DNA of 64,000 nt from a virus, in the IMG/VR virus record IMGVR_UViG_3300021138_000007, positions 48,112 through 112,111 of that record, one strand, 5' to 3'. The notes below the pieces were generated by a model. The model ran no database searches. It saw only the letters and a list, made by a program, of their open reading frames with translations, and had not been told where the DNA came from. A program made the position numbers and the translations under genes. Of the stretch, positions 1 to 10,841 are shown one piece after another (position 1 is the stretch's first letter; each line of letters opens with the position of its first letter).

Positions 1-1505
1 GCATCATAAAATTTAACATTGATATCCGAGAAAGAAACTAATGCATCAATGTTTATAATGCGCTCTGGTACTGCATGTTGTCCTGCGGCATAAGTGTTTA
101 ATGCTTTGCGCAGTTTATCCATGTTTTCAGCAGGTAAAGTAAATCCAGCAGCAAAAGCGTGACCGCCACAAACAACGGAACCATCATCGCGCTTTAAAAA
201 ACAATCCCAAACTTCAGGTGATTGTAAAGCTTGAAGAATATTGAATGTTTTAACACTACGACAGCTTCCTTTAGCTAATCCAGTCTCTTCATCAATAGAA
301 CAAACTAAAGCTGGACGAGAAAATTTTTCTGCAAGCTTTCCAGCAACCAATCCAATTAGTCCAGGATGCCAACCTTTAGCTCCAACTACAATAATGTATT
401 CATTATCTAAATCATAAGTTTTTTCAACTAAAGCAATAGCTTCGGCAGTAACTTGTTCTTGCTGACTTTGGCGTCTTCTGTTTGCTGTATCTAATTGTAA
501 TGCCTTAGCTTTTGCTCTACCCTCATTAGTTTCAATTAATAAATCAAGAGCAACTCCAGCGTCATCTAAACGCCCTATCGCGTTGATACGAGGTCCTAAT
601 TGAAAACCAATATTCATAGTCGAAACGCCCTTTTGAACGTCTGCAACTTTAAGTAATTCTTGAATACCTGGTTTACTGGTATTTGAAAGAGCTTGACATC
701 CTAAATGAACTAAAACACGATTTTCGTCCAACATTGGAGCCACGTCAGCTACAGTGCCGAGTGCTACATATTCTATTAAATCATGGAAAAGTTCTTTGAC
801 ATTAAGTCCTCTTCTTTGCCCTAGCGCCATCATAACTTTAAAAGCAATACCAACTCCAGCTAAATCATCAAATGGATATCGTTGAAAATCTTCTGTGGCA
901 TATTCTGCAAAATGTTCACCAGGATATTTAGGATCATCTCTATTAGGATTTACCACACCAATACAGTCAGGTATTTTGCCATCTATAGTAGGATGGTGGT
1001 GATCTGTAATAATCAAATCTAATCCATGTTTTTTAGCATATTCTGCCGCTTCAAAAGCAACAATTCCGCAGTCAACGCTCATAAGCAAATCTGCGCCAGC
1101 TTCTAATGCTTTTTCAACGCTTTTAACCTTAATATCATAACCGTCTTTGATTCTATGAGGAGCGTGATATGCAAAATTTGCACCGAGTTTTCTTAACGCT
1201 GTTACGACAACACTGGTTGCTGTAACACCATCTACGTCATAGTCACCCCAGACAAAAATCTTTTCATTATTATCTAAAGCTTTCTCAAGTCTATTAATAA
1301 CTGGTTTAATATCTGGCAATAACCAAGGATTATGTAACTTTGACATAGTTAATTTGACAAAATCATTATAATCCTCAACTGTACGTATATTTCTATTAAT
1401 GTAGACTTTAGCGGCTGACAATGGTATACGTAAATCATCAGCTAAATCTGCCGCTTCATCTCTTGATATTTTTTTAAGATTCCAAATTGTTTTTATTTCT
1501 TGCAT
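1..1505 (-). CDS. recJ: ssDNA-specific exonuclease RecJ (DHH family), 3' end runs off the window
   Basis: Absent from the ORF track because it is truncated. Manual translation from ATG at 1505: MQEIKTIWNLKK...KIFVWGDYDVDGVT...VDCG...IITDHH...GSCRS...GGHAFAAG, the RecJ DHH/DHHA1 motifs. Confidence 0.93.
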   Translation of the reverse strand, partial: MQEIKTIWNLKKISRDEAADLADDLRIPLSAAKVYINRNIRTVEDYNDFVKLTMSKLHNPWLLPDIKPVINRLEKALDNNEKIFVWGDYDVDGVTATSVVVTALRKLGANFAYHAPHRIKDGYDIKVKSVEKALEAGADLLMSVDCGIVAFEAAEYAKKHGLDLIITDHHHPTIDGKIPDCIGVVNPNRDDPKYPGEHFAEYATEDFQRYPFDDLAGVGIAFKVMMALGQRRGLNVKELFHDLIEYVALGTVADVAPMLDENRVLVHLGCQALSNTSKPGIQELLKVADVQKGVSTMNIGFQLGPRINAIGRLDDAGVALDLLIETNEGRAKAKALQLDTANRRRQSQQEQVTAEAIALVEKTYDLDNEYIIVVGAKGWHPGLIGLVAGKLAEKFSRPALVCSIDEETGLAKGSCRSVKTFNILQALQSPEVWDCFLKRDDGSVVCGGHAFAAGFTLPAENMDKLRKALNTYAAGQHAVPERIINIDALVSFSDINVKFYD

Positions 1506-1508
1506 TTA

Positions 1509-1967
1509 TTATTCCTTATCAGGCAAGTAAATATACTCAATACCTGATGTTTTTAATATTTCAAAACTGTAATCGTTTTCAATAGGAGTTAAACTGATTA
1601 CTTTTATGACTCCTGCTCCAGCAATTATTCTCGCGCATGTATGGCATGGGCGATGTGTGGTATAAATAACAGAATCTATTGTACTAACACCCGCTCTAGC
1701 CGCTTGAATAATTAAATTTTGTTCTGCGTGTATAGTTCGAATACATCGTCCAGTTTCTTCCTCAATAAGACAACCTGCGTCTACGCAATGAGGATGACCA
1801 GGAGGAGAACCATTGTATCCAGTTGCTAAAATTCTGCAATCTTTAACAAGAAGTGCTCCTACTTTTCGAGAAGAACACGTTGCTCTTGACGCAATATGTT
1901 TAGCACATTGCATAAAATAATCATCCCAAGATAATCTATCCATTGTCTTCCTCGTCTGATAAATCAT
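1509..1967 (-). CDS. dCMP deaminase (ComEB family); true start may be MDRLSWDDYF
   Basis: WDDYF, ATGYNG, HAEQN and PCHTC zinc-deaminase motifs. Confidence 0.92.
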   Translation of the reverse strand: MIYQTRKTMDRLSWDDYFMQCAKHIASRATCSSRKVGALLVKDCRILATGYNGSPPGHPHCVDAGCLIEEETGRCIRTIHAEQNLIIQAARAGVSTIDSVIYTTHRPCHTCARIIAGAGVIKVISLTPIENDYSFEILKTSGIEYIYLPDKE

Positions 1968-2262
1968 TTATGTATTTTACTAAACCGTTAATTTCAGCAT
2001 CACTCACAGGTGGTTTTAATGTTTCAAAATCAAATTTTGCGAAGTAAAAGGGGATATTTATTGACTTTACTTCTGCGTACCAAGATTCAAATGATTCATC
2101 GGAAGGATAAACAGTTAATTCTTTTTTTCTCACATCAAATGTTAATGTTAAAACAAAATATGTCCATCCCAAACAATCATAAAACTCATAATATCCAACT
2201 AACCAATTTCCATCTCCCTCTTTCCCAGAGGGAGGCGTTTTAGTCCAAGTTAAATCCATCAT
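1936..2262 (-). CDS. hypothetical protein
   Basis: 108-aa ORF overlapping both neighbours, operon-like packing. Confidence 0.6.
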   Translation of the reverse strand: MMDLTWTKTPPSGKEGDGNWLVGYYEFYDCLGWTYFVLTLTFDVRKKELTVYPSDESFESWYAEVKSINIPFYFAKFDFETLKPPVSDAEINGLVKYINDLSDEEDNG

Positions 2263-3068
2263 GCCACCTTAATTTTTAATTCCTCTGTATTGTCAACAAT
2301 CATTTGTTCAATACCCAATCTTAATTGTTTACTGCCATATTTCAAAACAAATTCATCTGGATCATATCCTTTAGGCAAATACACCACATGCAATTTCAAA
2401 TCGGCTTCTTCGATGATAGGTTTTGATCTTATTACAGCCTGTTCACCCGCATCATCTGCATCTAACATTAAAACAACATGATCACAATAGCGCTTAATTA
2501 AAGCCACATGATATTGAGATAATGCTGTGCCACAAATTGCGGCAGTATTACCCATATTTTTAGATGAAAGCACCAATGCGTCTAAGTATCCTTCTACTAG
2601 ATTGATATAATTACGTTTTCGAATTATTTCTTTACCTTCATATAGATTAAAAAGATGTCTTTGTTTAGGATATGGTTCATTAATCCATTTGCCTTTATTC
2701 CATTTATCAATTTTGTCTTTTGCTTGTGCTGGTTCATGTCCGAATGCATCCCATAAAGCATTATGTGTTAATTCTTGCATAGCTTCATACTTTCTGCCAG
2801 CAAATGCGATAATTGTTCCGTGTACATCTCTAATAGGCACTATAATACGTCCTTTTAATAAGGGGAACCAATGTCTTGAATAAGGAGGGCAAAAACCCAT
2901 TCTTCCTTGTTCAATTAATTCTTTTTTGATTCCGCGTTCATTAACGTATTCTAATGCTTTTTCATTGCTCAACAATTCTCTGGAGAATTGTTGAGATATT
3001 TGTTCTCCAGTTAATAGAGTAGGAGAAGCTTTAGGATCAATAACAGTCATATATGTATTATCGTGCAA
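2259..3068 (-). CDS. dnaG: DnaG primase catalytic core and TOPRIM domain, without the zinc-binding domain
   Basis: GRIIVPIRD...IAFAGR, LVEGYLDAL, GTAL, DADDAG, GYDPDE; no CHC2 finger at the N-terminus. Confidence 0.88.
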   Translation of the reverse strand: MHDNTYMTVIDPKASPTLLTGEQISQQFSRELLSNEKALEYVNERGIKKELIEQGRMGFCPPYSRHWFPLLKGRIIVPIRDVHGTIIAFAGRKYEAMQELTHNALWDAFGHEPAQAKDKIDKWNKGKWINEPYPKQRHLFNLYEGKEIIRKRNYINLVEGYLDALVLSSKNMGNTAAICGTALSQYHVALIKRYCDHVVLMLDADDAGEQAVIRSKPIIEEADLKLHVVYLPKGYDPDEFVLKYGSKQLRLGIEQMIVDNTEELKIKVA

Positions 3069-3134
3069 TTATTATCAAAAAAGATGTCTATTTTTCAATA
3101 AACATCTTTTTTGAAAGACTATTTGAAAAGTATT

Positions 3135-4442
3135 TTACTCTTCATCTTCATCTTCGATTTCTTGTTGATCTTGTTCTTCTTGATACTGCATAATCACTTC
3201 GTCTGGAATTTCATATTCATCATCCACTTCTGGAGTATAAATCTTTTCAGAAGGATTATTCAAAGCATTATTAATGGCATCGACTGCCATTGGAGTAAGC
3301 TTAAGCCTATTGCAAATCCATTCAAACGCTGTATCAGCTTTAACTCCCCTTGGCATTTTCAAAGGAGCAGGTTCTTTCTGCAACATTTCAATAAATTCAA
3401 TAGCATCCTTAGATTCAAGAACTTCTCCAGTATCATCGTTAACATACTTAAATACTTTGCGAGTTTCTTTAATAAATTCTTTAGGTTTGCTATTTTTAGC
3501 TTTAAACATAAATTCATCAATAGGATTAGATTCTGCCTTACCAAACATAATAGGAAATTCGCACTTCAGACCTGGAGTGCCATATCTTGTTTTCATAACA
3601 AGCAGTTTTGACTTTCCACCAATGACTTCTTCTTTACCTTCATCATTTTTTCTCACAATTAAGCCTTCTTTGCCACCAATTTTATTGATCCAAAGTCTCA
3701 TGTGCGTAAAGTAATTAATAGAATTACCGCCAGAACTACCTAATTGGAATGTTCCTTTTTGCTTACCAGAACTAATATATAGCTGATTGATATAAACACA
3801 AATCGTCCCAGCTTTAGCGCATTCAGCAACTAAACGACTAGACAAACGTTTCATGAATCTTGCGTGAATACCAATAGTTTGAGCATCGCCCAATGTTTTT
3901 ACATATTCTTCTGATGGAATTAATGCTGTGATAGAGTCTACTACAACAACATCATATAAACCACTAGATACAACAAATTTAATCATTTCACCATATTGCT
4001 CTGCTGTAGCAATATTTTCAAATAGTGTGAAAAGATTAGGATCATAGATTTTTACGCCCAAACTTTCTGCGCGTGGAGGATAAAATGAGTTTTCAATATT
4101 AAAAAAGCAAGCTCGTTTTCCTTCTGCATTTGCTTGTGCCATTAATTTATAGGCAAGATAAGTTTTACCCGACTGAGATTCTCCACAAAACTCAATAAGT
4201 GTGCCTTTAGGAATGCCCATGCCTTCACCAAGTACAGCATCTACTTCCATTTGTCCTGTAGATAAGAATTCAACTGGGATATATCCACCGCCCATCTTTA
4301 AACAATTTTTATCTATGTTTAAAGATTTCATCTTTGCTTCCATGTTTTTTACAAAATCAAGGAATTGCGATTGGCTTGTATCTTTATCTGCCTTGGGTTT
4401 TTCTGATTTTTTACCTTTATCGTCTTTTGCCATTATATTCAC
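3135..4442 (-). CDS. recA: RecA/UvsX-like recombinase with acidic C-terminal extension
   Basis: STG...LG.GMGIPKG..IE..GESQSGKT (Walker A), VVVVDS (Walker B), YINQL. Confidence 0.9.
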   Translation of the reverse strand: MNIMAKDDKGKKSEKPKADKDTSQSQFLDFVKNMEAKMKSLNIDKNCLKMGGGYIPVEFLSTGQMEVDAVLGEGMGIPKGTLIEFCGESQSGKTYLAYKLMAQANAEGKRACFFNIENSFYPPRAESLGVKIYDPNLFTLFENIATAEQYGEMIKFVVSSGLYDVVVVDSITALIPSEEYVKTLGDAQTIGIHARFMKRLSSRLVAECAKAGTICVYINQLYISSGKQKGTFQLGSSGGNSINYFTHMRLWINKIGGKEGLIVRKNDEGKEEVIGGKSKLLVMKTRYGTPGLKCEFPIMFGKAESNPIDEFMFKAKNSKPKEFIKETRKVFKYVNDDTGEVLESKDAIEFIEMLQKEPAPLKMPRGVKADTAFEWICNRLKLTPMAVDAINNALNNPSEKIYTPEVDDEYEIPDEVIMQYQEEQDQQEIEDEDEE

Positions 4443-4499
4443 CTAAATTTAGAATGTTAAAAGTATAGCCAGAATTCTGGCTATACTTTTGTTTAGAGA

Positions 4500-5504
4500 T
4501 TAACCCCAGACTTCATCTTCTTCACTGCTTTCTTCGCTGAAAGGATTAGACTCCTCTGCTACTGTCGCAGTTTTAGCTTTAGCCTTTGCAGGCTTAGATG
4601 CTACTGGTGCTACGGTGGATTCGCTATCTTCGTCTTCGTCAGCATTAGCAGTAATAGTCATTTCATGTGACTTTGTGCTTTCTTCTGTGGTTCGGATTGG
4701 TGCGAACTTATAGATGCGCGATAATGGGTATCCATAGGTGTAGAAATCTTCCCAATCTGGGAATGGAGTATCTGCGAGATTGTACTCTGCGTCTTTACGA
4801 AGTTTAGCATCTTCTGCTTTTTCAGCAAGATATTCGCTTCGCTTTTCTTCCAATTCTTCTGGCTTAGGCTCATTGATTTTTCGGAACATCTCAATTTCTT
4901 CATCTGTTAATCGAGTTTTCTTGTTCTTAATATTTACTTCATACTCAACCTTGCCGATCTTTTTGTCATTGTACTTAGCAATGATTTCAATTTCATGTGC
5001 ATATCGTCCGCCCATAAATGTGATAAGCTTATCGCTATCATCATACTTTTCCTTAACATTTTCGCGGTGGTTGGCAAGCTCTGCCTTGGTAATTTCTTTA
5101 AAAATAGAACTACCCTTCTTGAGAATCTTAGGTACAGAAGTACCGTCAGGAAGTCTTAAAAGACAATTTTGAGCGTACTGAGGATTAGGTCGATAACCCA
5201 ATGCATACCAAGGACATTCGTCCTTGTTCTTTAAACCAACACGAGTGAGCGACTTATTAAGCTCTGCATCTGGGAAAGGAACAGCGGTTGGAGTTGTTTT
5301 GCCATCTTTATTAGGATCGGGCAATTCTTGAAGATTGTTATATTCAACAAAATCAATAGGAAAACCAACAAGGCGAATCGTAACTTCTTTAGTTTCTCCC
5401 TTGCCTACTTTAAGATCAAGTAGAGAATCTTTGAGAGATGTGCGATTGTTGTTTGAATTAGTTCGTTCTTGAACTGATTTGGGTGTAACTGTACGTATTG
5501 ACAT
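4500..5504 (-). CDS. probable single-stranded DNA-binding protein
   Basis: Adjacent to RecA; low-complexity acidic tail ending in an aromatic residue (EESSEEDEVWG), typical of phage SSBs; inference only. Confidence 0.45.
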   Translation of the reverse strand: MSIRTVTPKSVQERTNSNNNRTSLKDSLLDLKVGKGETKEVTIRLVGFPIDFVEYNNLQELPDPNKDGKTTPTAVPFPDAELNKSLTRVGLKNKDECPWYALGYRPNPQYAQNCLLRLPDGTSVPKILKKGSSIFKEITKAELANHRENVKEKYDDSDKLITFMGGRYAHEIEIIAKYNDKKIGKVEYEVNIKNKKTRLTDEEIEMFRKINEPKPEELEEKRSEYLAEKAEDAKLRKDAEYNLADTPFPDWEDFYTYGYPLSRIYKFAPIRTTEESTKSHEMTITANADEDEDSESTVAPVASKPAKAKAKTATVAEESNPFSEESSEEDEVWG

Positions 5505-5751
5505 ATATTTCTCCTTTGAGTCAGTAATTGATTATAACGCTATCTGATTTTTGGAATCAATTGATTCTACAGACTTTGCATTTTTCGATTACTCTGGACT
5601 AATTATCGTGCTTTTTTCTAAATTTCATTACTGATTTTTAGAATATGTGAATTTTTTACTTCACATTATTATTTTCTACAAATGAATAGTTTTATCCTTT
5701 ACATTTGTAGAAAATAATTAATATTATTATGGAAATATTTTCCATAAATTG

Positions 5752-6525
5752 TTAAACTAAATTACGAGTTTTGATTTTTATTTCGGGTTTTTTATTAAAA
5801 CCAACAGATTTATTTCTGTTAAATCCAACATCGACATATTTATCATCTTTTGACTTTTCGTATTCATCATCTAACATACGATTATAAGATACTGCATTTC
5901 CAATATTAACATCATTATTGTTAATTTTTGCTATATTATGTCTTTCATACATCAGACTTTTCATATTTTCAGATGCAAAAGTTAAGCTGGATTTACATTC
6001 AATTAAATACTTTAATTGCGCTTTTGCATTTGTTGCTAACGCAAGCCATGTAAATACCATAAATGAAGCATTTGCATCTTTATCACCCTTTGTTCCAGTA
6101 TAAAGTTTATGGGCCATTTCTTTAAGCGATTTATGTGCTTCATTTAAGAATTCACTTCTTCTATATGCAATATCAATCAATGTAGTTAATCGGAAATTAT
6201 ATGCTATCAATCTTGAATAAGTTTCAGCAATGTCTTCATATTCTGTATTAACTTCACTTGGAATTGAAAAATCCCAAGAAGAAATCTCAGCTTCAATTTG
6301 ATCTCTCTCAAATGTGGGCATCATTTCATATATATTTTGACACATTTTAACACATTCTACATATTCTTCTTTTGTTATGCCTTTTAATCTATTTTTGGCT
6401 TCTGATGTAAAATCATATGTACTGCCATATAAATCTAATGGCTCTATTTCAATTTTAGGCTCTTCAAGAATGTCTTGAGATTGATCAATCTCAAGACATT
6501 CTTCTTCTAATTCTTCATCTAACAT
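5752..6525 (-). CDS. hypothetical helical protein (possible recombination mediator)
   Basis: 257-aa ORF abutting dnaE; function inferred only from position. Confidence 0.5.
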   Translation of the reverse strand: MLDEELEEECLEIDQSQDILEEPKIEIEPLDLYGSTYDFTSEAKNRLKGITKEEYVECVKMCQNIYEMMPTFERDQIEAEISSWDFSIPSEVNTEYEDIAETYSRLIAYNFRLTTLIDIAYRRSEFLNEAHKSLKEMAHKLYTGTKGDKDANASFMVFTWLALATNAKAQLKYLIECKSSLTFASENMKSLMYERHNIAKINNNDVNIGNAVSYNRMLDDEYEKSKDDKYVDVGFNRNKSVGFNKKPEIKIKTRNLV

Positions 6526-9500
6526 TTATTCATCTCCAAAGAAATTACGTGTATTGATACGAGGTTTGGTTTTCTTCACAATTGGATTGCGAATACTTGT
6601 GCGCTCATTTTTAGACGCAATACTATCTAAATCATCAGAATCATTAATTAAAGAATCTGTGGATTTGTATTTCATATTGGCTTGTTTTTTAAGGCGTTTT
6701 TCTTCTTCTCCGCGAATATGAACTAATTCGTCCCAAATTTCCATAAAAACTTCTGTTTCAGTTGTTTTCGATGCTTCAGGGAAACAATCTAAAGCTCCAC
6801 CAATAAATAATGATTCAACTGTTCCTCTATTTGGCCTTGCAACCCAACAAAGTTGTTTGAGCGATTCATAAGGTTGATTAGCAATAATAGTTTCTGCCAT
6901 ACTACCAACACCCTTAATTGATGTTAGGGGCATAAGAATGTCACCATGTTTATTAACGGTTGTTTGCATACCAGATTCATTAACATTTGGATTCAAAACA
7001 TTGATCCGCTCCGTTTTACATTCTTTTTCATAAATAGCCTTCTTTGTTTCATCATTCTGATCTGTCTGCAAACATGCTGCCATCCATTCCGAAGGATAGT
7101 AATATCTCAGCCATGCAGTCCAATAAGAAAGAATCGCATAAGCACAAGCATGTGATCTATTAAAAGCATAACCACTAAATTTTTCCATTAATTGAAGCAA
7201 ATTATTCACAACTTGCGCATCTACTCCACGAGCAATAGCTTTTTCTCTAAATAATTTGGTGATCTTATCAAAAAGCACAGGGTCTTTCTTTGACACAGCC
7301 TTTCTTAGTTTATCTGTTTCATCCCAGTCAAATCCTGCAAGATCACGAGCTAAAAACATAGCTTGCTCCTGATATACCATGATGCCATAGGTAACTTCAA
7401 GATGTTTTTTAATGATAGGATGATCATATTTAATAGCATCAGGATTTTTCTTACCAAGAGCATAATCTGGGATGTAAGCCATAGGGCCAGGACGATAAAG
7501 CGCGGCAACTGCAATTAAGTCTTCAGTATTAGAAGCATTAACATCTTGTAATGCTTTTTGCATTCCGCCTGAAGCAAATTGGAATACAGTTGATGTTTTA
7601 CCTGTGGCATAAATATTTTTGAACACTTTAGGGTCTTCAAGAGGAATATCTGCGGGATCAATATCTTTACCGTGACGTTTTTTAATTAATTCCAAAGCAT
7701 ATGACAATGTGTGTAAAGTCGAAAGCCCTAAATAGTCGTATTTTACAGCACCAACACGTTCTACACTTTTCATATCGTAGCCTGAACATAAAGTGCCTTT
7801 AGAGTTTTCGATAGGTACATGATTACATAATGAATCATTAGCAATTAAAATACCACCAGCATGAACACCTAAATTGGAAATGGTTCCAACAAGTTTACGT
7901 GCAATTGCAATTTCTTCTGGATATTGACGTGCCCAAGATGCAAATTCAGGACTTTCCTGTAAAGCGTCGTCTAATGTTGTGCCAGGTCTGCCAGGAATGG
8001 TCTTACTGACAACTTGAGCCATTTGGTGTGTTTTGTCTTTCCATTTGGCATTAAACTTTTCTGATGTCTTTAAAACGCCAATAACAGCGGCTTTAGCACC
8101 ATAAGTGCCCCAGGTACCAATATTCTTTACTTTATCCTGTCCAAAATAAGAAGAGGCCCATGCAAATGCTTCACTTCTACGAGAATCGTCAATGTCCGTA
8201 TCTACGTCAGGAAGAGTCGCAACTTTCTTGACTTTTAATCCACTTTCTGGCTTTTCATCTGTAATACCAAGAAAATATGCAATCCATGAATTAGATTCAT
8301 TCTTTTGCTTAGTGATTCCAGAGTTTGAAAGATGATTCATGTATGTAGCTAAACCTTGATTCTCTAAAACCCAAATTTCTTTATGAATTGCAGGCATATG
8401 AGATTCATATTCAGGATCATTTGATTTCTCTTTAACAATTTCTTTGAGTCGCCTAACAGCTTCACTTTGATCTTCTTTGCCCTTCTGTTCTTGATATTCT
8501 TTTACAGGCATCACGCTAAAATCAATTTTATATTGTTCGCCACGCCCAGGATTTAAAAATCTTTCAAACATCAAGTTCCATCGAATGGGATCAACAGAGC
8601 AAACTTCTAATAGATAATTTAATAAACTACCCACTCCACTGCCACGAATGCCATAACGAATATTAGATTTCTTCATAAAGCATACCATTTCGTATTCAAT
8701 TAAGAAGTAGTCCACAACACCCATGTTACAAACGGTTTCCCATTCATACTTCATTCGTTTGATGTATGTCGAATTTTTATCTAAACCCAATCTCTTTAAA
8801 CCATTAAATGCCAAATAAGCGAGATAAGCTTCATTTGGTTTATAATACTTAAGATTTCTTTGCCACCATGCTCGAAAATCTTCATCATTCATAGGAACAT
8901 AAGCAGAAGGCAACAAATGAGGCACATCGAGTTTCATAAAATCCTCAACTCGATCTGTTAAGTTTAAAGTATTATCCAATGAATATGGCACACTAGAAAA
9001 AATATTTTCCATTTCATTTCTGGTTTTCAAATGAAAGTTATGTGTTCCATACGCTTCTTTCTTGCCATTTTTCTTGCCAGCGATTCTATCTTGTGATAAA
9101 TCACGCATTTGGATTAGAACATCATGAATCTGCCAATCCTTTTGTTCCAAATAATGAACATCATTCGATGCAACCACTGGGATATCATATTTTTTACCCA
9201 ATTCTAAAAGTTTAGGCAAGTTATGTTCTTGTTCTGGAATGCCGTGATTTTGTATTTCGATATAGTATCTATCTCCAAAAACATCTAAAAATCGTTCTGC
9301 TACTGATTCTGCCTTCTTTTCTCCGTGTCGCAATAGAGCTTGATTTAATTCACTTGCAAGACAACCTGAAAGAGCAATAATGCCTTCATTATGTTCCTCA
9401 ATAACTTTCCAATCAACACGAGGATCATAGTAGTATCCAACTTCGGCACCAATAGAGGCAATATTCAAAAGATTACGATAACCCTTCTCATTCATTGCCA

Positions 9501-9828
9501 ATAGAGTTAAGTGATTGTGTTTAGGTCTTCCAACTGTGCCATCTTCTCTTTCTGCATGTTCTTTGAATGTCATATCAGGACAAGTGTATACTTCACAACC
9601 GATAATAGGTTTAATGGGGTCAGTTGCACCATCGTCTGCACGACAGGCTTCTACGAATTCAACTACTCCGCCCATTCGACCATGATCTGTAATGGCAGAA
9701 GCAATAAAACCTTCAGCCCTGGCTTTTTTAGCATAGTTCTTAGGGGAAGGCAAAGCATCTTGCACACTATAATGAGTGTGCGCATGTAAATGTACAAATT
9801 CTTGTTTACACATATTATTATTCTCCAC
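6526..9828 (-). CDS. dnaE: DNA polymerase III alpha subunit (family C, DnaE type)
   Basis: PHP domain (HLHAHT, TDHG, LSGC, SNDVH); RGSGVGS; FERFLNP; catalytic PDVDTD; HAGG; KYDYLGL; LYRPGP; YQEQ; YAFNRSH; HhH IKGVG. Confidence 0.97.
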   Translation of the reverse strand: MENNNMCKQEFVHLHAHTHYSVQDALPSPKNYAKKARAEGFIASAITDHGRMGGVVEFVEACRADDGATDPIKPIIGCEVYTCPDMTFKEHAEREDGTVGRPKHNHLTLLAMNEKGYRNLLNIASIGAEVGYYYDPRVDWKVIEEHNEGIIALSGCLASELNQALLRHGEKKAESVAERFLDVFGDRYYIEIQNHGIPEQEHNLPKLLELGKKYDIPVVASNDVHYLEQKDWQIHDVLIQMRDLSQDRIAGKKNGKKEAYGTHNFHLKTRNEMENIFSSVPYSLDNTLNLTDRVEDFMKLDVPHLLPSAYVPMNDEDFRAWWQRNLKYYKPNEAYLAYLAFNGLKRLGLDKNSTYIKRMKYEWETVCNMGVVDYFLIEYEMVCFMKKSNIRYGIRGSGVGSLLNYLLEVCSVDPIRWNLMFERFLNPGRGEQYKIDFSVMPVKEYQEQKGKEDQSEAVRRLKEIVKEKSNDPEYESHMPAIHKEIWVLENQGLATYMNHLSNSGITKQKNESNSWIAYFLGITDEKPESGLKVKKVATLPDVDTDIDDSRRSEAFAWASSYFGQDKVKNIGTWGTYGAKAAVIGVLKTSEKFNAKWKDKTHQMAQVVSKTIPGRPGTTLDDALQESPEFASWARQYPEEIAIARKLVGTISNLGVHAGGILIANDSLCNHVPIENSKGTLCSGYDMKSVERVGAVKYDYLGLSTLHTLSYALELIKKRHGKDIDPADIPLEDPKVFKNIYATGKTSTVFQFASGGMQKALQDVNASNTEDLIAVAALYRPGPMAYIPDYALGKKNPDAIKYDHPIIKKHLEVTYGIMVYQEQAMFLARDLAGFDWDETDKLRKAVSKKDPVLFDKITKLFREKAIARGVDAQVVNNLLQLMEKFSGYAFNRSHACAYAILSYWTAWLRYYYPSEWMAACLQTDQNDETKKAIYEKECKTERINVLNPNVNESGMQTTVNKHGDILMPLTSIKGVGSMAETIIANQPYESLKQLCWVARPNRGTVESLFIGGALDCFPEASKTTETEVFMEIWDELVHIRGEEEKRLKKQANMKYKSTDSLINDSDDLDSIASKNERTSIRNPIVKKTKPRINTRNFFGDE

Positions 9829-9866
9829 AGACGCCGTTGTTAGCGGTCATACATCTGTCTTAATTA

Positions 9867-10841
9867 TTATCGTTCTATTTTTCTCTTTTTTATGGAATTC
9901 TGGACAATATTTGTAGTATGCATATTTCTCCATATTCTGGCTTTAAAATCATGTCTTTGATTGCTAATACAATATGGTGATAGCATTTTTCCATTTAATA
10001 TTTTCTTAGAATCCAAGTTGTAAATTTTATCTGTAAATTGTTTTGCATTAATCAAGTCATATGATTTCATATCTTTAGGTCTATGTTTTAATGGCAATCT
10101 TTGAAATTCTGGGAAAATATATGTATTGCCTAATTGTTCAACAATACCCCAATTTTCATTTACTGGCACAATTCTAGCTCCAGTGCCAAAGCATTTTAAT
10201 TCGTCAAATTGCTTTGAAATTTGTTGGTATGCTTTATGTTCTGATTTTAATTTCCAATTTTCATATTTATGTAAATGATCACAAGTTGCCAATGCTGTTT
10301 TGACAGTTCTTATGCTTAAGCCAGTCCATTCGGCGATTGAAGCCGCAGTTACTGGACGACGATCTTTAAATCGTGCCGCTATTAACCCCACTAAAAGATA
10401 TTTGATGTTAGTGCTATTTGGATGTATTTCAGTGTATGGATCATTCCAAACATATTTTAAAGGTATAGAAAATGGTTCTATACGAGGCATTGTTGGATTT
10501 AAATATTTCACTACATTTTTTACGCCTATTAATGAACAGATTTTTTGTCCATTTTTTCCACCTGGTTTATTCCAATATTTGCCAGCACCATCTTGTATTA
10601 TTTGATAAGCATATTTTTCAGTAATACCTAAAACATAGGTCAAAATTTCCAGCATTGCCTTTAAATTGAACATGCCATTTCCTCTGTGGTTAATGCCCGA
10701 AGAGTTTGCTTCTTTTATTTGATCTAAAGACCTTAAAACTGTCCAGCACGAATACAAATCATGTTCTTTTTTTAATAAAGCTGCTGCTGCTAATTCGGGA
10801 TAAAATACAATTTGGCATTCAGATAGTTGATTATTTTTCAA
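9867..10841 (-). CDS. hypothetical protein with helix-turn-helix
   Basis: VTAASIAEWTGLSIRTVKTAL is HTH-like. Confidence 0.55.
   Translation of the reverse strand: MKNNQLSECQIVFYPELAAAALLKKEHDLYSCWTVLRSLDQIKEANSSGINHRGNGMFNLKAMLEILTYVLGITEKYAYQIIQDGAGKYWNKPGGKNGQKICSLIGVKNVVKYLNPTMPRIEPFSIPLKYVWNDPYTEIHPNSTNIKYLLVGLIAARFKDRRPVTAASIAEWTGLSIRTVKTALATCDHLHKYENWKLKSEHKAYQQISKQFDELKCFGTGARIVPVNENWGIVEQLGNTYIFPEFQRLPLKHRPKDMKSYDLINAKQFTDKIYNLDSKKILNGKMLSPYCISNQRHDFKARIWRNMHTTNIVQNSIKKRKIER

Noticed and set aside
8215-8541. Intein in DnaE
   Set aside because: No N-terminal Cys/Ser block, no C-terminal His-Asn, no LAGLIDADG motifs
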